In this document: one piece after another, positions 39,501 through 51,500 of the stretch
Position numbering within the stretch: the first letter of the stretch is position 1
Layout: each line of letters begins with the position of its first letter
Source: Lingula anatina
Taxonomy: Eukaryota > Animalia > Brachiopoda
Assembly (NCBI GenBank): GCA_051362555.1
Contig: CM120648.1
Span: 16,674,587 to 16,738,586, forward strand
Direction of reading: 5' to 3'
DNA length: 64,000 nucleotides
Made by a program: the position numbers and the translations under genes
The notes under the pieces: generated by a model
The model's database searches: none
What the model was told of the DNA's origin: nothing
Seen by the model: the letters and a program-made list of their open reading frames with translations, nothing else

Positions 39501-42500
39501 CACACATATTAGACAACTTGCCTCCTTGGATTGAAAAGGCAATGACACACAATTTTTTCTTAAAATATTTTTATGCTGTTTTGTAGTTTTCATATATCAA
39601 TAATAATGAGAATTCACTTTTCTTTTTGGAGGATTGTGGTATCTTAATGCTTTCTACTATTACATTTATTTTTGATAAAAAGACACTCGTCTTTAGTGTC
39701 CATCTCATGTCAATAATTTTGAACAGTATAAATTATCAAAAAACTAACCTTTTCATAATCATCGCCTTCATGCATGTTCCACTTAGTCTCAAACCCACCC
39801 AACGAAAGACTGACATCATAGGACTCCCTTTCTTCACACGTGCTCTCACTGTATCCACAGGTGAAGATTTCAAAGTTCTTTTTTGGAACTAGCATTTCCA
39901 TTAGGGAAGATTCCTTAGCTTCCATTGTGATGTTCTTAAAAATATTATATATAACTAGAGGATCAGAGAGGCGATACCGCCTCCAAATATTGTACCACCA
40001 GCTGGAGCAAGCGCATTCGTATAGACCCCCACATACACAAAATAAGGGACACAGCCACCAGTCTTTTGCTTGACAAGCTGTAAAAATGCAATCATCAAGA
40101 ATTTTCAAAATATGCAAAAAAATATATCAAAAGTTCCTCAAAAGGTAGGTGAAAGGTCAATTTCCCAGTAAGATTGCCAGTATATGACTTCCTATTCAAC
40201 TTCAAAAGTAACTTTGGACCTATCTCTGCCAGTTTGGGAGATAAAAGGGAAGCAAAATTTGCAAAGTTCAGTTCATGGTGAAAAGTAGGTTGAAGGTCAA
40301 TTTCAAGGTCACATTTAGATTGCTAGTGAATGACTTCCTATTCAACTTCAATAGTAACTTTGGACCTATCTCTGCCAGATTTGGAGATAAAAGGGCAGCA
40401 AAATTTGCAAAGTTCAGTTCATGGTGAAAAGTAGGTCAAAGGTCAATTTCAAGGTCACATTTGGATTGCCAGTATATGACTTCCTATCAAAGTTCAATAG
40501 TAACTATGGACCTATCTCTGCCAGTTTTGGAGATAAAAGGGAAGCAAAATTTGCAAAGGTTAGTTCATGGTGAAAAGTAGGTCAAAGGTCAATTTCAAGG
40601 TCACATTTAGATTGCCAGTATATGACTTCCTATTCAATTTCAATAGTGACTATGGACCTATCTCTGACAGTTTTGGAGATAAAAGGGAAGCAAAATTTGG
40701 AAAGTTCAGTTCATGGTGAAAAGTAGGTCAAAGGTCAATTTCAAAGTCACATTTAGATTGCCAGTGTATGACTTTCTATTCAAGTTCAATAGTAACTATG
40801 GACCTATCTCTGACAGTTTTGGAGATAAAAGGGAAGCAAAATTTGGAAAGTTCAGTTCATGGTGAAAAAAAGGTCAAAGGTCAATTTCAAGGTCACATTT
40901 AGATTGCCAGTGTATGACTTCCTACTCAACTTCAATAGTAACTATGGACCTATCTCTGCCAGTTTTGGAGATAAAAGGGAAGCAAAATTTGCAAAGGTTA
41001 GTTCATGGTGAAGATTAGGTCAAAGGTCAATTTCAAGGTCACATTTAGATAGCCAGTATATGACTTCCCATTCAAGTTCAATAGTAACTATGGACCTATC
41101 TCTGCCAGTTTTGGAGATAAAAGGGAAAGAAAATTTGCAAAGGTTAGTTCATGGTGAAAAGTAGGTCAAAGGTCAATTTCAAGGTCACATTTAGATTGCC
41201 AGTATATGACTTCCCATTCAAGTTCAATAGTAACTATGGACCTATCTCTGCCAGTTTTGGAGATAAAAGGGAAACAAAATTTGCAAAGATTAGTTCATGG
41301 TGAAATGTAGGTCAAAGGTCAATTTCAAGGTCACATTTGGATTGCCAGTATATGACTTCCTATTAAAGTTCAATAGTAACTAGACCTATCTCTGCCAGTT
41401 TTGGAGATAAAAGGGAAGCCAAGTTTGCAAAGGTTAGTTCATGGTGAAAAGTAGGTCAAAGGTCAATTTCAAGGTCACATTTAGATTGCCAGTATATGAC
41501 TTCCCATTCAAGTTCAATAGTAACTATGGACCTATCTCTGCCAGTTTTGGAGATAAAAGGGAATCAAAATTTGCAAAGGTTAGTTCATGGTGAAAAGTAG
41601 GTCAAAGGTCAATTTCAAGGTCACATTTAGATTGCCAGTATATAACTTCCCATTCAACTTCAATAGTAACTATGGACGTATCTCTGCCAGTTTTGGAGAT
41701 AAAAGGGAAGCAAAATATGCAAAGTTTAGTTCATGGTGAAAAGTAGCCAGGCGGCTCAGTCCAAATTTTATCCAGAATTGTGCAAAAGATGATAAAAGCA
41801 TGAAATTTTCCCGATGAATGACCATTGGGCGTTTGTCAACCCCCCGATCCAAAATAGATGAACACCCAATGGTCATTCATCGTGGAAAGTTTCATGCTTT
41901 TATCATCTATTGCACAATTCTGGAAAAAAATTGGACTGAGCCACCTGACTATACCGTACTGCACATTTTGCTTTCACCACCAATATGTACTTTTTGATAG
42001 CGTAACTCGAAAACCGTTTGGAATACAAACAAGGCAGCAAAGCTGTCAAATGTACAGACAAAAAGCAGGAAATAACTATGCACAAAATAGGCTACTGTCA
42101 ATTCTGATGCAAAAGTACATTATGTTAAACTGCAAATTCAACATCAAATTTTAATTATGCTCAACAGGTAATACCAATGTAAGTAAAATGTGTAACAAGC
42201 ATAAGGCTTCAGGCCCATGGGAGTTCAAGTTCACACTTTGAAAATGTATAACTTCCAGAAAAAGAAGCCAATTAGACTACTTTTCCAACTCAGGCTGCAT
42301 TTTAGTCCTGCATTTCTTTTTTGAACATTTGGCAATCATAAGTAACATGTGTGGTGCACTGAGTATTTTGGTATTTTTACAAAATGAAAATATTTGCTGA
42401 AGTCTACCTGGACACCTGAAGTAAGTAACTCTAACACAAGTGAACAATAACTAACTACTGCACTACCTGTGCAGCTCTTTATTATAGTACCAGTTATGCA

Positions 42501-45500
42501 AATGACCCAATGCTACAAGTCCAATAAATATGATTGGCTAGTTTACCACTGCATAGCCACTGCAATGCAACACTTCACCATAATTGTTTGAGATGTTATC
42601 ACATAGCCATTATGTAAGTTCTACATACCTCCCCCCAGAACATTGAAAACATTTACTAAAATTAAATTAATAAAATCAATTGTTCAAAATCTTTCCGGTT
42701 TTTTAATTATTCTACCGGAACGTGTTTTAATTAAAGAAGGCGAAAGACATGTCTCCGGTTTTGTTTGTGGATTCACTGTCTGATTGTGCACTGAAACCGG
42801 ATTGCTATAAGCTGGTTTAAGTCTGTCAACTGAAACACGAATTGTTTGTCCATTCCTTAAAATATCAAAATATTTGTCGGAACGTGAAATGACAAGGTAA
42901 GGACCATCATATGGTCTAATCAATGTACCTCGATGAGCATCATGTCTTACATATACATGTTCAGCTTGCTGTAAGTCAACCGGTACATATGTACAAATCT
43001 GCCGATGTCTAGAAGGAGGAGCAGGAGCTAATTTCTGCATTGTTTGTTGAAGTTCTTGTACAAATTCATTGTTAGGAAAAAATTTGTCATCAGTTGTGCT
43101 CGGAATAAAGTCACCAGGTACTCTTAAATTTGTACCATAGGTAAGAAGTGCTGGTGATGCATCAATGTCCTCTTTCCATGTTGACCGGATACCAAGTAAT
43201 ACAATTGGTAATTGGTCCATCCATCTTGCATTGTCTAAACGTGTTTTGAGGGCTTCTTTCAATCTGCGATGAAATCTTTCAACCATGCCATTGGATTGTG
43301 GATGATAGGCTGTTGTTGTGTTAGGTTGAATGCCAAGCACCTTGTTCAGCTCACGCCAAAGTTCACTTGTAAATTGTCTACCTTGATCTGATGTGATGGA
43401 GTCTGGAACACCAAACCTCGATATCCATGAGCATAAAAGAGCTTTGGCACAAGTAACTGCTTCTGCATTCGGTAAAGGTACAGCTTCTGGCCACCTTGTA
43501 AACCTGTCAACAATTGTCAGGAGATATTTGTTATTTTCTGAAGGAGGAAGAGGTCCAACCAAATCAACATGAATATCACCAAATCTTCTATCTGGTAGAT
43601 CAAAGGTGGTTAACGGTGCTCTAGTGTGACGTCCAATTTTACTTGTTTGACAAGCATGACAAGATTTGACCCAATTACGAATGTCTTTTTTGAGTCCAGG
43701 CCAGACATAACGACTTGAAATGGCACGTATTGTTGGTTTTGTTCCAGGATGACAAAGATTGTGTATTGCCTCAAAAACGATCTTTGTCATTGAAGGTGGA
43801 ACTACTGGTCGAGGTCGACTGGTAGTTGTATCACAGAGAAGTTTAACTTCACCAAAGTTAACTTCTTTAAACTTCAAAGATCCTGGATTGGTACACAGTT
43901 CAATCATCTTAGTGTCAGTCTTTTGTGATACTGCTAACTGTGTAAGGTCAATTGTCGGCATTGTAGATGTGGAGGCAATAAGTGGCTCATCAGTTTCCAC
44001 TGGGGCTCTGGACAGAGTGTCTGGGACAATGTTATCAGCTCCACTGATATGTCGTATATCAGTTGTAAATTCAGCAATAAATGATAATTGTCTCTCTTGA
44101 CGTGGAGATCTGTCAGATGTACTCTTGAACGCAAAAGTGAGAGGTTTATGATCAGTGAAAATGATGAATGGTCTTCCCTCCAAAAAATATCTGAAATGGC
44201 GGATGGTACTGTAAATTGCCAAAAGCTCACGGTCAAAAGTGGAGTATCGTTTCTGGGTAGGTGTTAGTTTTCTAGAAAAGAAAGCAATAGGTTTCCACAT
44301 CCCAGATTGAAACTGAGAAAGTTCTGCTCCTATTGCGGTGTCAGAAGCGTCCACTGATATCTTGGTTGCTGCCTGTGGTTCAGGATGATGAAGCATAGTT
44401 GCAGAAGCAAGAGCCATTTTAGCATCCTGAAATGCTAGTTGGCATTCAGGGGTCCATTGCAAAGTCTTGGCTCTGCCCTTGGTAGCTTCAGTAAGAGGTA
44501 TTATTCGATGTGCGATTCCAGGAAGAAAACGATGGTAGAAATTTAGCATTCCCAGAAATCTTTGAAGGCCTTTTTTGTCCTTGGGTGGTGGAAAATCTGC
44601 TACTGCTTTCACTTTTTCTGCAAGTGGTTGAACTCCAGCTGCAGACACTGAATGACCCAGAAATTCAACTTCAGATTGTCCAAATACACACTTTTTCTTG
44701 TTAATAACAAGTCCATTTGTCCTTAACAGGTTGAAAACTGCTTTAAGATCCTCTTCATGTTGTTCAGGCGTGGAACTTGCTATTAAAATGTCATCAAGAT
44801 ACACAAAACAACAGTCAAGTTCCTGTAGGATGCCATCCATTAATCTTTGGAACGCCTGTGCTGCATTTTTAAGCCCAAAAGGCATTTTGAGGAACTCATA
44901 AAGTCCAAAAGGTGTGATGACTGCAGTCTTAGGAATATCATGTTTGGCAACTGGTATCTGGTGATATCCCTGAATCAAATCAATCTTAGAGAATATTGTC
45001 TTGCCATTGAGTGATGAATTGAGATCTTGTATATGAGGTAGAGGATAACGATCGTCTATGGTGATGTCATTAAGTCGACGATAATCTCCACAAGGTCTCC
45101 AGCCACCATTGTTTTTCTTCACTATATGTAGAGGAGATGACCATGGTGAAGAGGAACGACGCACTATCCCCAGATTCTCCATTTCCTTGAATTCCATTTT
45201 TGCTGCAGTGAGCTTTTCTTGGTCAAGACGACGTACTCTGGCTTTAACTGGAGATCCAACGGTTGGGATGTGATGTTCAACTCCGTGTTTATTTTCCTTA
45301 AAGGATGACACTAAGAGCTCTGGGTAGTGTTCTAATACTGCTTCGTATCTTGTGTGAACTTTGTGAATCACTTGTTGCTGAGATCTAGTGAGGTGAGCAT
45401 GAATGACTGTTTTTCCATCCAATGAGATTAACTTTCTGTTGGAAAGGTCAATGGCCAAACGATGAGTTGTGAAAAAGTCAGCACCTAGAATGGGTTGTGT

Positions 45501-48500
45501 GACGTCAGCTACCCAGAATTCTTGAGTGAATTTAGTTCCTTTCCCTAGTTTTAAAATCATCTTCCTTTTTCCGTAAGTAGGTATTTTTGTTCCATTTGCT
45601 GCAATAAGACTTGGGCCACTGGTTCGTTGTCGGTCAAATCGGTTAGCAGGAAAAACGGATTCTTCTGCTCCTGTATCTACAAGGAAAGTGCGCCCAGTGA
45701 CAATATCAGAAACGGTGATTGTCCCCATATTGATCATAGATATTTGTGGAGCATCAGATATACCAGCAGTGCTCACTAATTTCTGCTGGCTTTGTCGTTT
45801 CCCTGTTGTCTTCGTGTAGACATTGGACAAGGACAACCATCGATGATTTGTTCACATTTCCTGGCTTTATGTCCGAACCATGAATGATATTTACATAATT
45901 TGAACTTGATAGTGCCAGTTCGTTGGTGCTGAGATTTCATGGCGTTTATTTCTGTATCAGTTATTGTTGTATCCTTTTGGTATTGTGTGGCTTCATAGGC
46001 TTCTAACAGTGCATGTTTTAGTGCTTCATATTTTCCTGTCTGAGGTGGTCTCTCAATTACTGACTGAACACGTCTGGAGGTTGATGAGTCCAAGAGTTGC
46101 ACTACATGATGAAATTTAGTCAAGTCATTTGTAATGGCTGGCTGGTGTGTTGCAAAGGATGATTCCAGACGTAAAAACCAAGCAGATGCGTTTGTGTTCC
46201 AAAATGGTGGTGCTTTAAATGAAACAGCTGATATTGTTTGCACTGTAGAACCTTGATATATGTCCAGGGTTTGTTGTCTGATAGCATCTGCCAGCTGTTT
46301 AATTCCATCTGAATCCATTGCTCACGTCGGGGTCACCAATGTGGTGCACTGAGTATTTTGGTATTTTTACAAAATGAAAATATTTGCTGAAGTCTACCTG
46401 GACACCTGAAGTAAGTAACTCTAACACAAGTGAACAATAACTAACTACTGCACTACCTGTGCAGCTCTTTATTATAGTACCAGTTATGCAAATGACCCAA
46501 TGCTACAAGTCCAATAAATATGATTGGCTAGTTTACCACTGCATAGCCACTGCAATGACACACTTCACCATAATTGTTTGAGATGTTATCACATAGCCAT
46601 TATGTAAGTTCTACACATGGTTTTCCCATAATGGTCATCATGGCAGCAGCACCCATAATTGTTTTCTTCTATTCTGATGCAATATTACATATTGGTTAAC
46701 AGCATAATGACCGTCAATTTTTAATAATAAAATATACGTATCATGGATTTTCAGAAAATGTGACTAGCATGGGTCTTCAAGCATGTAGAACTTCAAAGTC
46801 ACACCTTGAAAATGCCAATATGTGAAATATGCTGAAAAGTGAAAAAAGGCATGACTTCTACAATAATGACCCAATCATGCTGAATTTCGAACTTGACCTG
46901 CGTTTTATGAATATTCATCAGCTCTGTAAATATAAAGCCCAAAAGTAAAACTGCCTTCCACTTATCGTGTTTACGATGAAAGTGCAAGGCGCCGGTGACG
47001 GCGCTGATGGCGACGACAGACGCAGGTGATGGCAATATGTACAGACACATCTGTACATATTTACTGTACTGTTTGAGAACAGTAAGTGACATGGTTTTTC
47101 TTAAATGATCATCATGGGAGCAGTGCCCAAAGTAGGTTTTTTTCAAATTTTGATGCAATATTACATAATGTTTAACAGCATATTGACCATCAATTTTTAA
47201 TAATAAAATATTAGTATCATGGATATTCAGAAAATGTGACTAGCAAAGGTCTTCAGGCCCATGGAACTTCAAAGTCACAACTTGAAAATGCCAAAATGTA
47301 AACAAGACAGCATTGTTCTGAAATGTTTTTTTTTTTCATTTTTAACAATTTTTAACATAAAACAAAATTAACAGCTTACTGCCATTTTTATATGATCAAC
47401 TAAGAAAATTGATGAGATGGGGAAAATATCAATAGAGCAGTGTTAAATGTCCAATTTCTTCCATTCTGAGATTCTGAACATAGTGAATGATTGAATCTGA
47501 CAAACTGCAATGATATGAGTTTATTTCCATTTTTGAAACTTTATTACACAATACACGATAACAAATTAACCATCATTTTTACAAAATCAACTATCAATGT
47601 TGTAAAGATGCAGGAAATGTCAAACAAACACTTTTAATATCTTATTAATTAAATAATGAAACTGTTTACATACCTAAGAATTGAATCTGAGGAAATGTGA
47701 AAAAACAACATAACTTCTAAAATAATGGCCCGATTATGCTGATTTTTTAACTCAACCTGCGTTTTAGCAGGATTGGCCACTCCTGTGAGTTTAATGACAA
47801 TTGGCCTATCTGTTTTTCGTATATTGTGTTTACAGTGTTGCATATATGCTGAAAAGTGAAAAAAAAAAGCATAACTACTAAAATAATGGCCTGATCATGC
47901 CGATTTTGGAACTTGACCTGCGTTTTAGTAAGATATATTACTCCTGTGAGTTTCATGACAACAGGCCTATCGGTTTTCCTTGGAATGTGTTTACAGTGTT
48001 CCATATATGCTGAAAAGTGAAAAAAAAGCATAACTTCTACAATAATGGCCCGATCATGCTGATTTTCGAACTTGACCTGCGTTTTATGAATATTCATCAG
48101 CTCTGTAAATATAAAGCCCAAAAGTAAAACTGCCTTCCACTTATCGTGTTTACAATTAAAGTGCACGGCACCGGTGACGGCGATGACGGCAACGACAGAC
48201 GCAGGTGATGGCAATATGTACAGACACATCTATATATATATTTACTGTACTGTTTGAGAACAGTAAGTGACATGGTTTTTCTTAAATGGTCATCATGGGA
48301 GCAGTGCCCAAAATAGTTTTTTTCAAATTTTGATGCAATATTACATAATGTTTAACACCATAATGACCATCAATTTTTAATAATAAAATATTAGTATCAT
48401 GGATATTCAGAAAATGTGACTAGCAAAGGTCTTCAGGCCCATGTAACTTCAAAGTCACAACTTGAAAATGCCAAAATGTAAACAAGACAGCACTGTTCTG

Positions 48501-51500
48501 AAATGTTTTTTTTTCCATTTTTAACAACTTTTAACATAAAACAAAATTAACAGTTTACTGCCATTTTTATATGATCAACTAAGAAAATTGATGAGATGGG
48601 AAAAATATCAATAAAGCAGTGTTAAATGTCCAATTTCTTCCATTCTGAGATTCTGAACATAGTGAATGATTGAATCTGACAAACTGCAATGATACGAGTT
48701 TATTTCCATTTTTGAAACTTTATTACACAATACACGATAACAAGTTTACCATTATTTTTACAAAATCAACTAACAATGTTGTAAAGATGCAGGAAATGTC
48801 AAACAAAAACTTTTACGTATCTTATTAGTTTAATAATGAGACTGTTAACATACCTAAGAATTGAATCTGAGGAAATGTGAAAAATATGCTGAAAAGTGAA
48901 AAAACAGCATAACTTCTACAATAATGGCCCGATCATGCTGATTTTCGAACTTGACCTGCGTTTTATGAATATTCATCAGCTCTGTAAATATAAAGCCAAA
49001 AAGTAAAACTGCCCTCCACTTATCGTGTTTACAAGGAAAGTGCACGGCATCGGCATCAGCATCAGCATCGGCATCGGCATCGCCATCGGCGACGACAGAC
49101 GCAGGTGATGGCATAAAAAAACGGAGACCACCCTCAGTGTTGGGCTTTACATGCTGTACAAAATGCAAAAAAGAATGGGTCTCTAGCATTAACGGTTCCC
49201 GAATTAGAGACAGTTTTCAGTTTCGGCATCTTATGGCCGCTACTCCCGTGAAAATGCACCAATTGACCCCAAATTCACGGAGATGAAAGATGACCTGAAG
49301 GGTAACACTTTCCAATAATATTATTGGTTAAGTCTGTGTGGTGTCTGAATAACAGGGCAAAAAAATTTTTTTTCTAAAAAAAATTTATTTTTTTGAAAAT
49401 TTTGGCCCGTTTGACCTTGAAGTAAAGGTCAAAGGTCAAATCCAAGGGCATATTTGAAATCTACACATATGACTTTTGGAAAGCCGTCTGTAAAAATTTT
49501 TTCCCATAGCCCCTTCTGTAGGGTAGATAATTAGCATTTAATTTTGCCATTTTTGGACAAGGGTGCATTGCAATGAGTGCCACACCCAGACCCCAGTACG
49601 GACAAAGCCCAAATTTTACGTGGAACGAGTTGAGATTATAGGTGACCTAAATCCAAGAGATGGGTATGGGGGCCCTTACCGTCTAGGAGGAGAAGCGGTA
49701 ATGGTAGCCATCCGGCGGAGCCGGCGGAACGATCTGGACGGGACCGAAACCATGTGTACCGCCAGCGCTAACGCTGGTGGTACAATTATTTACCAACTTC
49801 ATAATGCATCAAACAAAAAATGATGTGTCCAAAATATGTCCTGGTGAAAAGTAATTCACATCATCAATTTTAAGCAAAGCAGAATGTAATTTTTTATTTG
49901 GTTGAGGTGAATATGTCGATTTTCAAACATCAGACTTATGTTTTTTTTAACAAGATCTGAGACCTGAGTTCTGCAAATAAAAAAAAAAATTAATAATTGT
50001 GTAATGCCATATCCATTCCCAATTACCAATAACATAATAATAATAATTATAGTAGTACATTTTTGATACTAAAATCATGACATCAACACACTATGAATTA
50101 AAGCAAGACAAAAACCTTGGGTGAATGAATATTAAAGAAGAAATCTCACCTTGACCTCATCACGGGTGTCATTCACACAATACACCATCAGCTTCAGCAG
50201 GGGGGCACGATATGACCCAAACACCAAGGCAGAAAGACGCTTACTATTACATGACAAACTGTGTTTGCAGAACTGGTTCATGGTTAAGACACATTTGGTG
50301 TTTGTCAACACAACAGAATCACTGCTCAATACTTTCCACTTACAAGGGTCATTTAAGTGAGTTTCTGACTGCCATACGTAAAATGGAGTGTCCAGTCTTG
50401 AATTCTGAGTTACATTTTCAGGACAGATCTTTCCCATCTTTCTTTGACGTGTGCCTGATATGCAGTGATAAAATGACAAGTACACTGGTGTTCTGAACAT
50501 CAGGCCATGTGGTCCACAGACAACAACTGGACTTGCTCTAGTCTGACATGGTGGTAGTGTTGGCATGTCTTCTTCTCTCCAACTAATACCAATGAACATT
50601 TCTGTAGTTTCAGCCAGAGCTCCAGGAGGCACTAAAAGGAATACTCCAACTTCCTTCAGATGCACATATCCACCTTCTGGAGTGATGGAGAATCTCCTCA
50701 GGAACTGGTGCCTGGTCTGGGGTGATGTAGGTAATTTTAACATTCTTTCTTCTTGTAACATACCGCCATCTCTGTTTCCTATAACAATGTTTTTTGACAG
50801 AAAATGTCAAATTAATAGAACTGTCTTTCTCCTGATCATTGTTTAACTGTAATTTATCTGAACAAAATCTACAGGTTCAATAAATAAATAAATAAGTCAA
50901 CTTCCTCACTGCTATTGTCTGAGCCAAATATCAAAAGTTATAATGTGAAAAAAAAAAAAAAAAAATAGAATACATTTGCCAATGGGGCATTCCCAACACC
51001 TTAGTATATTGTAAATCTGAATTACCCCTGCACATCCCTGTTGTTAGGTCTATCAGTGTTGAAATGTCTTCACATCAATGACATGGGAGATGATAGCAGA
51101 AATTAAAATGTAAAAATAATTATCCAGATACAATGTATCTGTTCATAAAAAAAAAGACTTTCAAACTGGAAGCAAAACAACAAACAAATGAAATTGAGCA
51201 GTGTAAAAATCCAACTGTAACTAGAGGATCAGAGAGGTGATACCGCCTCCGAATATTGTACCACCAGCTGGAGTAAGCGCATGCCTATAGACCCCCACAT
51301 ACACAAAATAAGGGACACAGCCACCAGTCTTGTGCTTGACAAGCTGTAAAAATGCAATCAACAAAAATCTTCAAAATATGCAAAAAAATATATATAACTA
51401 AAAATGGTACAATCAAAGTTTAGTTCATCGTAAGGTAGGTCAAAGGTCAATTTCAAGGTCACAGTAAGATTGCCAGTATATGACTTCCTATTCAACTTCA

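Larger units (their letters stand above)
42350..46615 (-). mobile_element. Full-length Gypsy LTR retrotransposon, CsRn1-like clade; TSD CATG
   Basis: 276-bp LTRs at 42350..42625 and 46340..46615 (TG..CA, two mismatches seen); CATG on both flanks; tRNA-Trp PBS; PPT at 42626..42638; CHCC gag motif. Confidence 0.95.
42028..49113 (+). mobile_element. Helentron/HINE-like family B, copy 2 (tandem partial units), inserted in an A-run of family A
   Basis: Starts AACAAGGCAGCAAAGCTGTC. The host sequence GAATACAA|AAACGGAGACC is contiguous in the 51-54 kb copy (GAATACAAAAACAGAGACC). Confidence 0.75.
39953..49785 (+). mobile_element. Helentron/HINE-like element, family A, copy 1 (with nested insertions)
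   Basis: 5' AACTAGAGGATCAGAGAGGCGATACCGCC and 3' hairpin GTACCGCCAGCG-CTAA-CGCTGGTGGTAC; collinear with the uninterrupted copy at 51219..54265. Confidence 0.8.

Noticed and set aside
39618-39692. Possible extra exon after 39749
   Set aside because: Weak splice signals, a very short implied intron, and not needed for frame continuity.
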